Shown here one piece after another: positions 14,960 to 27,989 of a stretch of 64,000 nt of DNA (position 1 is the stretch's first letter; the number at the start of each line of letters is the position of its first letter). Under the pieces are notes generated by a model that was not told where the DNA came from, did not search any database, and saw only the letters and a list, made by a program, of their open reading frames with translations. The stretch lies in the NCBI RefSeq assembly GCF_009914755.1, contig NC_060927.1. One strand, 5' to 3'. Position numbers and translations under genes: made by a program. The DNA comes from the human T2T-CHM13v2.0 reference genome, Homo sapiens.

Positions 14960-15990
14960 AACCCTTCTGCAGGTTGAGCAGGGCCCCTTCCTCCTTGTCC
15001 GGGGCCTCCTGCTCTGAGTCACCTTGTTTTCTTTTGAGCTGAGGGCATTTGTTCTTCCACTGTCCTATTTCTTTACCATGAGCACACTGGTTACGCTGCA
15101 AACTCTGACAGCCAAGCTGAGTTTCTTTCCCAGGGCCCCCCTTCCCTTGCCTCTTTGGGGAGGCCCCTCTGATTGCTGCAGCTGACAAACAGGTCGGCGT
15201 GTCGCCGGGCCTGACCTCCATTCTCTTTGCCGTTTTCCTTACGGCTTACTGCATCCCTGTTTACAAACACCTGGCTAGCTATTTCTAGTAATTGTGATGT
15301 ATTCATCCCTGCAAGCCCAGCCTGTTTCTGCAGTTTTCTTCTCATGTCTTCTGCGCTTTGACGGACTAAAGCCATGTGAATCATGCGCTGATTTTCAGGG
15401 TTATCGGGATCAAAGAGAGTATACATACGATAGGCCTCCCACAGTCTCTCGTACAATTGTGCTGGACTTTCTTCTTTTCCCTGAATGACCTCAGAGAGCT
15501 TGTTAATGTTTGTGGCCTTCTGAGCTCCACTCGTTAATCCTTCCAAGAGAGCTTCCCTGTCTCGGTTTAGCCTTTCCATATCCTCTCTTTCATGTGGGTC
15601 CAACTGGGCGTCGGTTCCTGGCCACTGAGTCCTTCCATACTCTTGGGGGTTTTGATAATCAGCTGGTGCATATTCCTCTGGCCACTTAGTTGCTGCTTGG
15701 AGGACTCTCCGCCTTTCTTCGCTGTTAAAGAGGAACATGAGCAACTGGTGCCAATCAGCCCAGGTGGGGTTGTGGGTCTGGATAATAGCTTGGAGCAAAT
15801 CAATTAGGGCTTGTGGCTTTTCGGTATAGGGCGGTGTATTGTTTTTCCAGTTGAGAAGGTTGACGCAGGTGAAGGGCTGGTAACAAAAAACACGCCTCTC
15901 CACCACGTGACCATCCTCATCTATCCCAGTCTACCGCTGCTCTCTCAGGGGCATTTGTGTCCCTGTTTTGGGTCATAAACGAGCTGCCGA
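14960..15990 (-). pseudogene. gag: HERV-E-like gag (capsid and nucleocapsid), disrupted
   Basis: YQPFT..LLNWKNNTP..EKPQALIDLL; MHR-like VIQGKEESPAQLYERL; degenerate zinc knuckle CAHGKEIGQWKNKC; frameshifted. Confidence 0.9.
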
Positions 15991-16024
15991 GGGAGGGGTG
16001 CAATGGAGCAATGCGACTTACCGC

Positions 16025-16360
16025 AATTAATAATCTCAATTATCAATTGACACTAATAATTATCAATATTAATAACCCATAATATAATTTTTAAAATCAA
16101 TACTGATAATAATGATAATTAATATTAGTTATACTAACGATAAGAATACATGATTAATATTAATGATTAATGAAGCCTGATATTAATAACTGATATTGAT
16201 CTTATTCATTAGAAAACAGTAATATTAGCTCCTAATAATTAATATTAATAATAATCTGAAAACTTTTTATTAGCAATTATTTCTTAATATTAATATTAAT
16301 ATCAGTCATTCATATTCATGTTAATAATAAATGAGGAATAATTCATACTAATATTATGCC
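16025..16360. repeat. AT-rich low-complexity tract
   Basis: Near-continuous taat/atta/aatatt repeats. Confidence 0.9.
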
Positions 16361-17240
16361 CTAATACCTCAGTGGGTGTACACCCACGTGTGATATTGCT
16401 CCTAATGTCCAGGGAGGGAGAGAGCATGATATTACGTTCAATATCGCAGTAGGTGTACACACAGGCGGTGATATTGATCCGAATATAATCTCCAGGGGTT
16501 GGAGTATGACGTTACTCCCAATATAACACTGGGTGTGCATCCATCCGGTGATTTTGCTCCTAATATTCACGGAAGAAGAGAATGCTATTACTCCCAACAT
16601 CGCAGGAAGTGTACACCCCCTTGTGAGGTGGTCCTTAAAAATATTCCAAGACGGAGGGGTTGATATGACTACATATATGGCAGAAAGTGGACACCCCCAA
16701 GGATATTGTTCCCATGATCCTGGAGGGAAGAGGATAATATTACTTTCAATATCACACAAGGTGGACATGCCCCCAGTGATATTGTTTCCAATTGCAACAT
16801 GGGAGAGGAGGACATGACACCCGATATCCCAGAGAGTAGAAACAGCCCTGTGATACTGTTCCTAATATTCAGGGAGGAAAATGATGATATGACTCCCCAT
16901 ACAGACGGGTGTACAACTTCTGTACACCCAGGTTGTACACCGGTCTGTGAAACAGTTCATAATCTCCAGAGGGGGAGATGATATTACTCACAATATGATA
17001 AACAGGCTGTGAGTCCACCGCGGATCCTAAGAGCCAGGGGGGCAAGAGGGGCTGGCTCTTTCTTACTCCCGGCATCTCGGGGGGCGCCTCGCCCCACTGT
17101 GATGTGGGTCCTACGAGCCAGGGGAGCAAGAGGGGCTGGCTATTTCTTACTCCCCTCATCGCGGGGGCTGCCTCGCCCCCCTGCGATGGGGGTCCTAAGA
17201 GCCAGGGGGGCAAGAGGGGGTGATATTACTCCCCTTCTCC
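16361..17240. repeat. SATR1-like satellite, including a GC-rich 84-bp variant at 17025-17220
   Basis: Same unit as 9851-11930; tcctaagagccagggg-type motif at 17025, 17109 and 17193. Confidence 0.85.
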
Positions 17241-20200
17241 TAGTATGTTTTCTGTACTGCCACACTTGGTTAACACCCTGGGACATTATTTTCCATATTC
17301 TAGGAAGGTGTCACTGTGTAAGTCCCCGCGGGTATACACCCTGTGATATTATTCGTGATATTGTAGCGAAATGTGAATCCTGATGTCACAAGTCTCTACA
17401 CACTCTGATATTGTTCGCAATACCCTAGCGGGACGTTAATAATAATGTCACAATGTGTGTACAGCTTGTGCTATTATTCTTAATCTCATAAGGGGAGGTT
17501 GATTTTATTGTCACACGGAATATTTTCCCTTAGGTATGATTCGGAATATCCTGGAGGGATGTCACTCCTTATGTCACAGGGTTTGTACACCTTGTCAAAT
17601 TACTCATATTACCCTTATAAGATGTCACTCCTCATATCACCGAGGGTGTACACTCTGTGATATTATCGTCATATTCTAGGGAAATGTTACTTTTAATGTC
17701 ACAGATGTTGCACACCTTGTGAAATTTTTCGTTATAGTTTTGTGTGATGTGACTCCTAACGTCACACGGGGTGTACACACAGTGATATTATGTGTAATCT
17801 TCTATAGAAATGTTACTCGTAAATCACAGGTCCTGTACACACTTTAGTATTCTTCATCATATTCTAGGAAAACGTGACTACTAATGTCACAGGGCGTGTA
17901 GACCCTGTCATAAAATTCATAATATCCCAGCGGGAGTTCACTACTAATTTCACAATGCATGTACACCCTTTGATACTGTTCGTATTATCCTAAAGAGATG
18001 TGACTACTGATGTCCCAATGCATGTACATTCTCTGATATTATTTGTTATATCCTCAGGGGATGTGACTTCTAATGTCACAGGGTGTGTACTCCCTGTGTT
18101 CTATTTCATAATATCCTAGGGCAATTGTACTGTTAATGACACAGGGGGTGTACACATTGTGATATTATTCATTATATTCTAGAAGGATTTTACTCCTAAT
18201 GTCACAGGGGTGTACACCCTGTGGTAGTATTCATAATTTCCCAGAGGTCTATACTCCTAATGTCACAGAAGATAACACCCTGTGACATTATTCGTAATAT
18301 TCTGGTGAGATGATTCTCCTAATATCACAGGGGGTGTACACCCTGTGATAGTATTCTTACTATTCTAGGGAGATGTCACTCTTAATGTCACAGGTGTGTT
18401 CCTTCTGTGATATTATTGCAAATATGCTAGCTGGATATTACTACTAATGTCACAATGCGTGTACACCTTGTGATATTATGAGTAATATTCTGGGGGGATG
18501 TTACCCCTAACGTTACAGGGGTGTACACTGTATGATATTGCTCCCAATATTGTAAGGGGATGTTACCCCTAATGTCACAGGGGGTCTACAGCCTTCGATA
18601 TTATTTGTAATCTTATAGAGAGATATTACTTTAATGATCACAGTGGGTGTACACACATGGGCTACACCCACTGGGATATTATTTGTAATATATTAGGGAG
18701 ATATAACTCCTAATATCACAGTGGGTGTACCCCATGTGTGTGCACCCTGTGATATTATTTGTAATATCCATGGTAAACATTACTTCTAGTATCCCACAGA
18801 GGGTACACCATATGATATTTTTCATAATATCATAGGGAGATATTGCTTCTAATAACACAGTAGTTTTACACCACGTGTGTACACTCTGTGATGTGATAAC
18901 TTATATCCTAGGGAGATATTCCTTCTAATATCACAGTGAGTGTACACCCTGTGATATCATTAGTAATCTCCTAGAAAGATGTTGCTGCTAATATCACAGA
19001 GAGTGTGCCCCCAGTGACATCATTCGAAATATCCTAGGGAGATGTTACTCGTAATGTCACAGGGGTTGTACACCCTGTTATATTATTGTAATATTCTAGG
19101 GGGGTGTTACTTTTAAAGTCACAGGGGTGTACACCCTGTGATGTTATTCGTAATATCCTAGGAAGGGGTTACTCCTAATATCACATGGGTTATCCTAGGA
19201 AGAGGTTACTCCTAATATCGCACTCCTAATATCACACCCTGTGATAGCATTCGGAATATCCAAAAGGGATGTTACTTTTAATGTCACATGGGGTGTACAC
19301 CCTTTGATAATATTCGTAAGATCCTAGGGACATATGACTTCAAATATCACATTGGGTGTACACCCATGGTGTACACATTGTGTGTGAACACCTCCTGTGA
19401 TATTATCCATAATATCCTAGGAAAATGGGACTCCTAATATCACGGTCAGTGGACACCCTGTGATATTATTGGTAATATCCTAAAGAGATGTTACCACTAA
19501 GGTCACAATGTATGTACGCCCCCTGATATTATTCGTTATATCCTCGGGGGATGTTACTCCTAATGTCACATTGGGTGTACTCCCTGTGATATTATTCATA
19601 ATATCCTAGGGAGATGTTACTTTCAATGTCACCGGGGGTCTATATCATGCGTATTCAATGCCTGTGTTACTATTCCTAATATCCTAGGGGCAGGCTACTT
19701 TCAATGTCACCGGGGGTCTATATCATGCGTATTCAACGCCTGTGTTACTATTCCTAATATCCTAGGGGCATGTTCCTCCTAATGTCTCAGGTGGTGAACA
19801 CCATATGTGTACACCTGCTGTGATATTATTCGTAATATCCTAGGGGAATATTACTCCTGATGGCACAGGAGATGTACACCATGTGTGTCAACCGCCTGTG
19901 TCATTATTCGTAATATCCTAGGGGGATGTTTCCTTGAATGGCACAAAGTGTGCACAAAAGGTCACAGAAGGTGTACACATTGTGATGTTATCTACAATAC
20001 CCTAGAAGGATGTTACTCCTAATATGTCACAGGGGTGTACACACTTTGATATTATTTGTAATCTCGTAGAGAGATATGACTTCAAATATCACAGTGGATG
20101 TTCACACATAGTGTATACCCTGTGATATTATTCATAATATCCTAGGGAGATGCAACTCCTGATATCACAGTGCGTGTAGCCGGTGTGTGTACACCCTTGA

Positions 20201-20406
20201 TATGAGTCGTGATATCCAGGGTAAATATGACTCCTCATATCACACAGTGTGCACACCCTGTGATATTTTTCTTAATATTTAAGGAAGATAGTGCTTCTAA
20301 TATCACCGTGGGTGTACCCCATGTGTGTGTACTCTGTGACAGTATTTTTTATATCCTAGGGAGGTATTACTCGTAATGTCACAGTGGGTGCTCACCCTGT
20401 GATATC
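17241..20406. repeat. SATR2-like satellite
   Basis: Repeats of aatgtcacaggggtgtacaccctgtgatattattcgtaatatcctagggagatgttactcct. Confidence 0.9.
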
Positions 20407-20410
20407 ATTC

Positions 20411-21441
20411 TTATTTGACCTTGCTGCCTTTTTTAACCCACACTACAAAAGGAATGGAACAGATAAGAAGATATTGAGATTAGACTGTGCTGCCGTGCGG
20501 CTGCCGCAGGACACTTTTAATATCCCCGTTTCTCAGGCTGTAGATGAAGGGGTTCAGCATGGGGGTGACCACCGTGTACATCACTGAGGCCACTGCACCC
20601 TTTCTCGGGGAAGATGACACATCTGAACTGAGGTACCCTCCAAAGCCTGTTCCATAAACTCAGTAAACAACTGACAGATGAGACCCACAGGCGGAGAAGG
20701 TTTATACTTCCCACCTGATGATGAAACCCTCAGAATGAAGGAAACAATTTTATAGTAAGAGAAAAGCGTCCCCGAGATGGGAAGAAAACCAAATATGGCA
20801 GCAGGGAAATACAGGTTGATGTTCCTGGTGAAGATGTCACAACATGCAAGATGGGGGAGTTGAGAAGGTTCCCAGAAGAAATTAGGAATTTCCACATCCT
20901 TGAAGCAGGTCATTTGTAAGGCAATCAAGTTGTGCAGCTGGGAGTCTAAAAGACTGAGAAAAAAAAAAAAAAAAAAACAAGGACAACGAATCTAGGAAGC
21001 CACAGAAACAGGGGTTTAAGATGGCTGAACGATATAAAGGGTGACAGATGGCTACAAACCGGTCATAGGCCACCACACTCAGGAACATGTCTCTCTTCCA
21101 TGTCTCCAAAAATGGCAAAGAGAGACATCTGAGTCAGGCAGCCTGCATAGGAGATGACTCTGCTGTGAGACTGGATGTCCACAATCATCTTGGGGACTGT
21201 GGTGGAGGTGAAACCGATGTCAGGAAAGGACAGGTTGGAGAGGAAGAAGTACATGGGGGTGTGGAGGTGGGAGTCAGGGCTGATGGCCAGGATGATGAGC
21301 AGGTTCCTGAGCACCGTGACCAGGCACATGGACAGGAACAGCCCAGCGAGGACCGGCTGCAGTTCTGGATCCTCTGAGAGTTCGAGGAGGAGGAATATAG
21401 AGACATCTGTTAGACTCTGTGGGTCTGTATCGTTTGGATAC
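20411..21441 (-). pseudogene. OR7E-family olfactory receptor pseudogene (copy 2), multiply frameshifted
   Basis: Fragments in different frames: [21 protein letters not shown]; [14 protein letters not shown]; [15 protein letters not shown]; [12 protein letters not shown]; stop TAA at 20411-20413; A19 run at 20959-20977. Confidence 0.95.
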
Positions 21442-22126
21442 AACCCTCTTTTGCCTGGAAAAGAGGGTTGAAAAATCGGAAACAAGTAAACCAATACCCA
21501 GCATTGTGTCTGCATTTTGGATAGAAGCAATTCACAAGTAATGTTTTCAGATTTCAGAGCAACCCACACTCAGTAATATTTGTAGTTCTGACAAACTCAA
21601 TTGCCTTATAATGCTTTCAACATTGATTGCTGTGTTATTCACGTCTTGCTGTACACACCTGCCTTAGAGACACTAGATTCAAGAACGTTCCAAAACCAGA
21701 TCATCATATATAACAAATTCGTAATTGCTAGAAAATACAGCCTATCTTTTCCGAAGGAAAAGATGTAATAAAACCATTGTCCTCACTTTAAGAAAAAGGT
21801 TATCCTAATTAAAGGAAATTAAGAACTCAAATACTTTATTTATTCTACTAGATTGATACAAATTCCCTTGATTTAGAACATTTGTAAACGCTGTATAACA
21901 GCTGAGACCATGCCATCTGGAAATGAAATGAAAGTTGATAGTTCATAAGCAGAAAATAGTTCCACATGCCAGTTAGGTCCTAGTGATTTCATCATTCTGT
22001 TTTCGGACTTTTCTCCTTCGAGAGAGTAATTGCTTACTCAAATCGATGGGTCTTGTTTTAAAATTCATGGAAGCTATAACTCCTGTCCTTAGCTTCAGTG
22101 GACTTAAAGTTTTCATCAGAACGTTT

Positions 22127-22428
<302 letters not shown>

Positions 22429-22899
22429 AATCAAGTAAGTCAAAGTCACGCTGATGACAGCCAATTTTGGTGAACAAGGAAGTGTCAATTCAATCATTAA
22501 CATAGATTTTGACTTTTGCTGTCTCCTAGGTGCCAAGCAAGATATAGGCTCTGGGGAATCAGAAACAAAAGAGACTCACTTGTTCCTCTCACAGTACTCA
22601 GTCCTTGCTGGGAGAAGGACAAAACAAAATGTCCTGTCTGGAATGCAGGGAAAGCAGAACTTCAGGTCAGGGGATATTTCCGTTGAATTGTTTGGAGTTG
22701 AAGCTGAAAATCTTAAGGAATGTATCTAAAATTCACTTTACCTTTACTTTATGCGTCCGTCACCTAGAGATCACGCAGCGGGCACCCACGATCGGCTTAA
22801 TCATCACTCACTTCCATCGGATCAACTGGAAATCAAGTCAGATGAGAGTGCTGAGTCTCAGAGGATGGACATCTCACCCCTTGCCATACAGAGAAGTAG

Positions 22900-23298
<399 letters not shown>

Positions 23299-24233
23299 TT
23301 CAAAAAGTTTTAAGCAGAGCTCAGAGGTCTTAACCACAGGCACATCAGAGGAGCATTTTTGAAACGCTTTCCAGCTTCCTCAATAGGAATGGAAGCCAAA
23401 CTCCGAATTGATGACTCCTTTGAGGAAGTCGAGAGCTGTAAGGAAAGCCAGGAACAGGGTCAAGGGAGAGATGCATCCCAAATGATCCTGTGCCAATTCT
23501 TTCTGGAATCCTCGATGTGATCTCAGCTGTCCTTTCTATACTTGACACAGTGATTGTAGCACCCACTTGTCTAGCTGTGGTCTACAAGGAACCCCCAAAG
23601 GGAAGGGCACAGTGAGCAGGGGCATCCGCCTGAGTGGCGAGGATTTGAGAAGGCAGGTTGGTTGCAGGGAGAGGACTGGCCAAATGCCATGTGTCTGGAC
23701 TTAGACTGCCTGGTTCAAATTGGACTTCACCCTTTTTGACTTCATAATCTAGTACGAGTTCTATGAAAAGGTGTTGCTCCTTTTCTAGTCTGTAAAATCA
23801 TCGTGAAATGTGCACTAATAACGTGGAGACTACGCAGATGAAATGAAACAAGCTGCATAGAGCACAGAGCTCAGAGCCTGGCCTTTAGGAAGCCCTCAGT
23901 AAGGGTTCGTGATGCCATGGTGTCTGCCGTCATCCTCTTTATCCTCATCATCACCTTCATAATCTTTTTGTTGTTCTGAGGGAATAGTTTAGAGGGACTG
24001 ATTCTCTGCTATCATGGGTGAGATGTCTATGAAAAGGACAACCAGTGGGGGAGGAAAGCAAAATTTTGAATAAGATTTCTGAGACGCCCAGCACAACCAA
24101 GAACAGAAACTGCACAGTCTGCTGAGCGGACAGTTTGCACATTGGTCTCCTCCCATCTGCCCACCGCACTCTCCTGTTTGTCCTGTGGAGGAGGAAACCA
24201 AACAAGGCTCCCGACCGTCCCTCAGCACTCACT

Positions 24234-25250
24234 TGAAGGGGTGGCCTGCCCCTCCACACCTGTGGGTATTTCTAGTCGGATGGGATGAGAGACTGAGGAA
24301 AGAAATAAGACACAGAGACAAAGTATAGAGAAACAACAGTGAGCCCAGGGGACCAGCGCTCAGCATGCCAAGGATCTGCACCGGCACTGGCCTCTTAGTT
24401 CCCTCAGTTTTTATTGATTATTATTTTTATTATTTTAGCAAAAAGGAATGTAGTAGGAGGGCAGGGTGATAATAAGGAGAAGGTCAGCAACAAACATGTG
24501 AGCAACAGAATCTATGTCATAAAGAAATTCACGGGAAGGTACTATGACTGGACATGTACATAAGCCAGATTTATGTTTCTCTCCACCCAAACATCTCAGT
24601 GGAGTAAAGAATAACAAGGCAGCATTGCTGCAAACATGTCTCACCTCCCACAATAGGGTGGGTTTTTCCCCCATCTCAGAATTGAACAAATGTACAATCG
24701 GGTTTTATACTGAGATGTTCAGTTCCCAGGGGCAGGCAGGAGACAGTGGCCTTCCTCTCTCTCAACTGCAAGAGGCTTTCCTCTTTGACTAATCCACCTC
24801 AGCACAGACCCTTTACGGGGGTCGGGTGGGGGGACGGTCAGGTCTTTCTCCTCCCACGAGACCACATTTCAGACTATCACATGGGGAGAAACCTTGGACA
24901 ATACGCCACTTTCAAGGGCAGGGCTCCCTGCGGCTTTCCACAGTGTATTGTGCCCCTGGTTTATTGAGACTGGAGAATGGCGATGACTTTTACCAAGTAT
25001 ACTGCTTGGAAACATCTTGTTAACAAGGCATGTCCTGCACAGCCCTAGATCCCTTAAAACTTGATTTCATACAACACATGTTTTTCTGAGCTTCAGGTTG
25101 GGTCAAAGTGGCTGGGGCAAAGCTACAGATGAACAACATCTCAGCAAAGCAATTGTTGAAAGTACAGGTCTTTTTCAAAATGGAGTCTCTTATGTCTTTC
25201 CTTTCTACATAGACACAGTAACAGTCTGATCTCTCTTTCTTTTGCCTACA
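24234..25250 (-). mobile_element. HERV-K(HML-2) solo LTR5 (LTR5A-like)
   Basis: Minus strand runs TGTAGGCAAAAGAAAGAGAGATCAGA...CCACCCCTTCA; 6-bp TSD ctcact at 24228-24233 and 25251-25256. Confidence 0.95.
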
Positions 25251-25986
25251 CTCACTGAACTGTCCTTCCCCTCTGATGAGCCATGACCACGGAGAGCAGG
25301 TCCACTGTCCTCCCTGTGTGGTGCACGGTGGATGCTCAGACTCCATCCTCAAGGCTGGCAAGAAGACAGGGTGAGACATGAGACTCCTGATACAGGTGAC
25401 GGCTGTGGAGCCCACAGGACTGCAACCTCACACTGCAGGACAGGAGGCACAGACTATTTACTGTTCTGTGGCCTGGGGGGCTCAAGGCACAGAGCTCCTC
25501 ATTAGCCAATGTCACCCAAGTTCCCCAACCTCTAAAGATTTCCTTCTCATCATGCAAGAAGAAGAAGAGAAAAGTGAGTGTCCATAGAAGCTTTGGGGCT
25601 CTTCCTCTAATCAGGAGAAAGCTGGTGTGTATTCTTTGTTTCTTTCTTTTCTTTTTAAAGATCCTACTGCTTTAATTTTCATCTTTTATTATGGGGAAAT
25701 ATACCACATATAAATGTTAAAAATTATAAATATATATTAGTTCATATAGAATGGCCAGTATAAACATTTACAGTTTCCACTCTTTTTCAGTTTACAGTTT
25801 AATGACATTAAGTACGTTCACATTGTTTAGCAACAATCACCGCCATCATCTCCGGAACGGTTTTATCTTTCAAAATGGAAATTGCAACCATTCACCAAGC
25901 TCTCCACTCCTCTCTCTCGCCCACCCCTGAGTGCCACCTTTCTAGTTTGCAACTCTAGGAGTCTAACTACTCTAGACACTTGATAG

Positions 25987-26335
<349 letters not shown>

Positions 26336-26390
26336 TGACGATAATGTCTTCAAGGTTCATGCATGTTGCAGCCTGCGTCAGAAGTGCCTG

Positions 26391-26724
26391 TTTGTTTTTG
26401 TTGTTTTTTTCTTGGTTTGGTTTTATTTTGTTTTGTTTTGCGTTTTCATGGAGTCTCACTCTGTTGCACAGGCTGTAGTGCAGTGGCACAATCTGGGCTT
26501 ACTGCAACCTCTGCCTGCCGGGTTCGAGCGATTCTTGTGCCTCAGCCTCCTGAGTAGCTGAGATTACAGGTGCATGCCACCACACCAGCTAATTTTTGTA
26601 TTTTTAGGAGAGATGGGGTTTGCCATGTTGGCCAAGCTGGTCTTGAACTCCTGAGCTTAGGTGATCCACCCGCCTCAACTTCCCAAAGTGTTAGGATTAC
26701 AGGCATGAGCGACTGTGCCCAGCC
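26391..26724 (-). mobile_element. Alu, probably chimeric, at the duplication breakpoint
   Basis: Left part matches the Alu at 2767-2930; the right flank lacks the agaagtgcctg TSD. Confidence 0.85.
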
Positions 26725-26786
26725 CAAGGATGTGTATATTTTCTATAGACTTTTGATGATAATACTTTGACAGCAAATATATTGTG

Positions 26787-26902
26787 AGTATATATATATA
26801 TACATATATATACACATATATATACATATATATACACATATATACACACACACATATATATATAGAGAGAGAGAGTGAGAGAGAGAGCGAGAAAGAGAGA
26901 GA
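26787..26902. repeat. (TA)n/(CA)n/(GA)n compound microsatellite
   Basis: Seen directly in the sequence. Confidence 0.95.
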
Positions 26903-27179
26903 GTCTCCCTTTTTCACCCAGACTGGAGTGCAGTGGCACAATCATAGCGTGCTGTGGCCTTGAATTTCTGGGCTCAAACAATCCTCTCACCTCAGCCTCC
27001 TGAGTAGCTGGGACTACAAGCATGTACTACCATGACCGGCTAACTTTTTATTATATTTTTTTGTAGAGATGAGGTCTGACTTTTTTGCCCAGGCTGGTCT
27101 TAAACTCCTGGCTGAAAGTGATCCTCCTGCCTTGGCCTCCCCAACTACTGGGATTACAGGTGTGAGCCATTGCACCTGG
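26903..27179 (-). mobile_element. AluJ-like
   Basis: atcatagc and ctgggctcaa are J-type diagnostics. Confidence 0.85.
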
Positions 27180-27374
27180 TGTGAAGCTGGGATTGCAGGT
27201 GTGAGACATGGCATCTGGTGTGAATATCTCCTGGTAAATACCTTGTACTTTCACTTTCATTAAGATGTCTTTCGACCTCATGAAATTATCTGAAAAACAG
27301 AGATGAAACACTGTTCTGCTCCATCTTCCCTGCAGGCACTTGGGCCCCATCCTGCTCTCTTGCCCCCCCTCTTC

Positions 27375-27490
27375 TAGTGAATGGCCAGATAGGAACTATT
27401 GCAGATTTATGGGCCATGTGGTCTCTGTTGCAAATATAACAGCTCTGCTGTTGTAGTGCAAAAGCAACCACAGACCATATGGAAATCATC
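27375..27490. mobile_element. MER58-like hAT fragment
   Basis: gggccatgtggtctctgttgcaaatataacagctctgctgttgtagtgcaaaagcaaccacagac. Confidence 0.6.
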
Positions 27491-27583
27491 TTTCCTGCAT
27501 GGCCTCTATAATCTTTCAGAAATACATGTTGGGTCACACTACTGCCTGACTTAAAACATATAGATGACCTCTTCCCTCTCCTA

Positions 27584-27989
<406 letters not shown>

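Larger units (their letters stand above)
11931..16005 (-). mobile_element. LTR-less HERV-E-like (class I ERV) gag-pro-pol fragment, ~4.1 kb
   Basis: Ordered gag CA/NC, protease, RT, RNase H and integrase peptides; no LTR or env; both ends abut satellite or AT-rich DNA. Confidence 0.92.

Noticed and set aside
11931-16005. Active retrovirus or domesticated gag/pol gene
   Set aside because: Stop codon in the YVDD motif, multiple frameshifts, truncated integrase, and no LTR or env.
8401-20406. CRISPR-like array (palindromic ~30-bp cores at regular spacing)
   Set aside because: The intervening segments are homologous to each other rather than unique spacers, there are no cas genes, and the context is primate DNA; this is a satellite.
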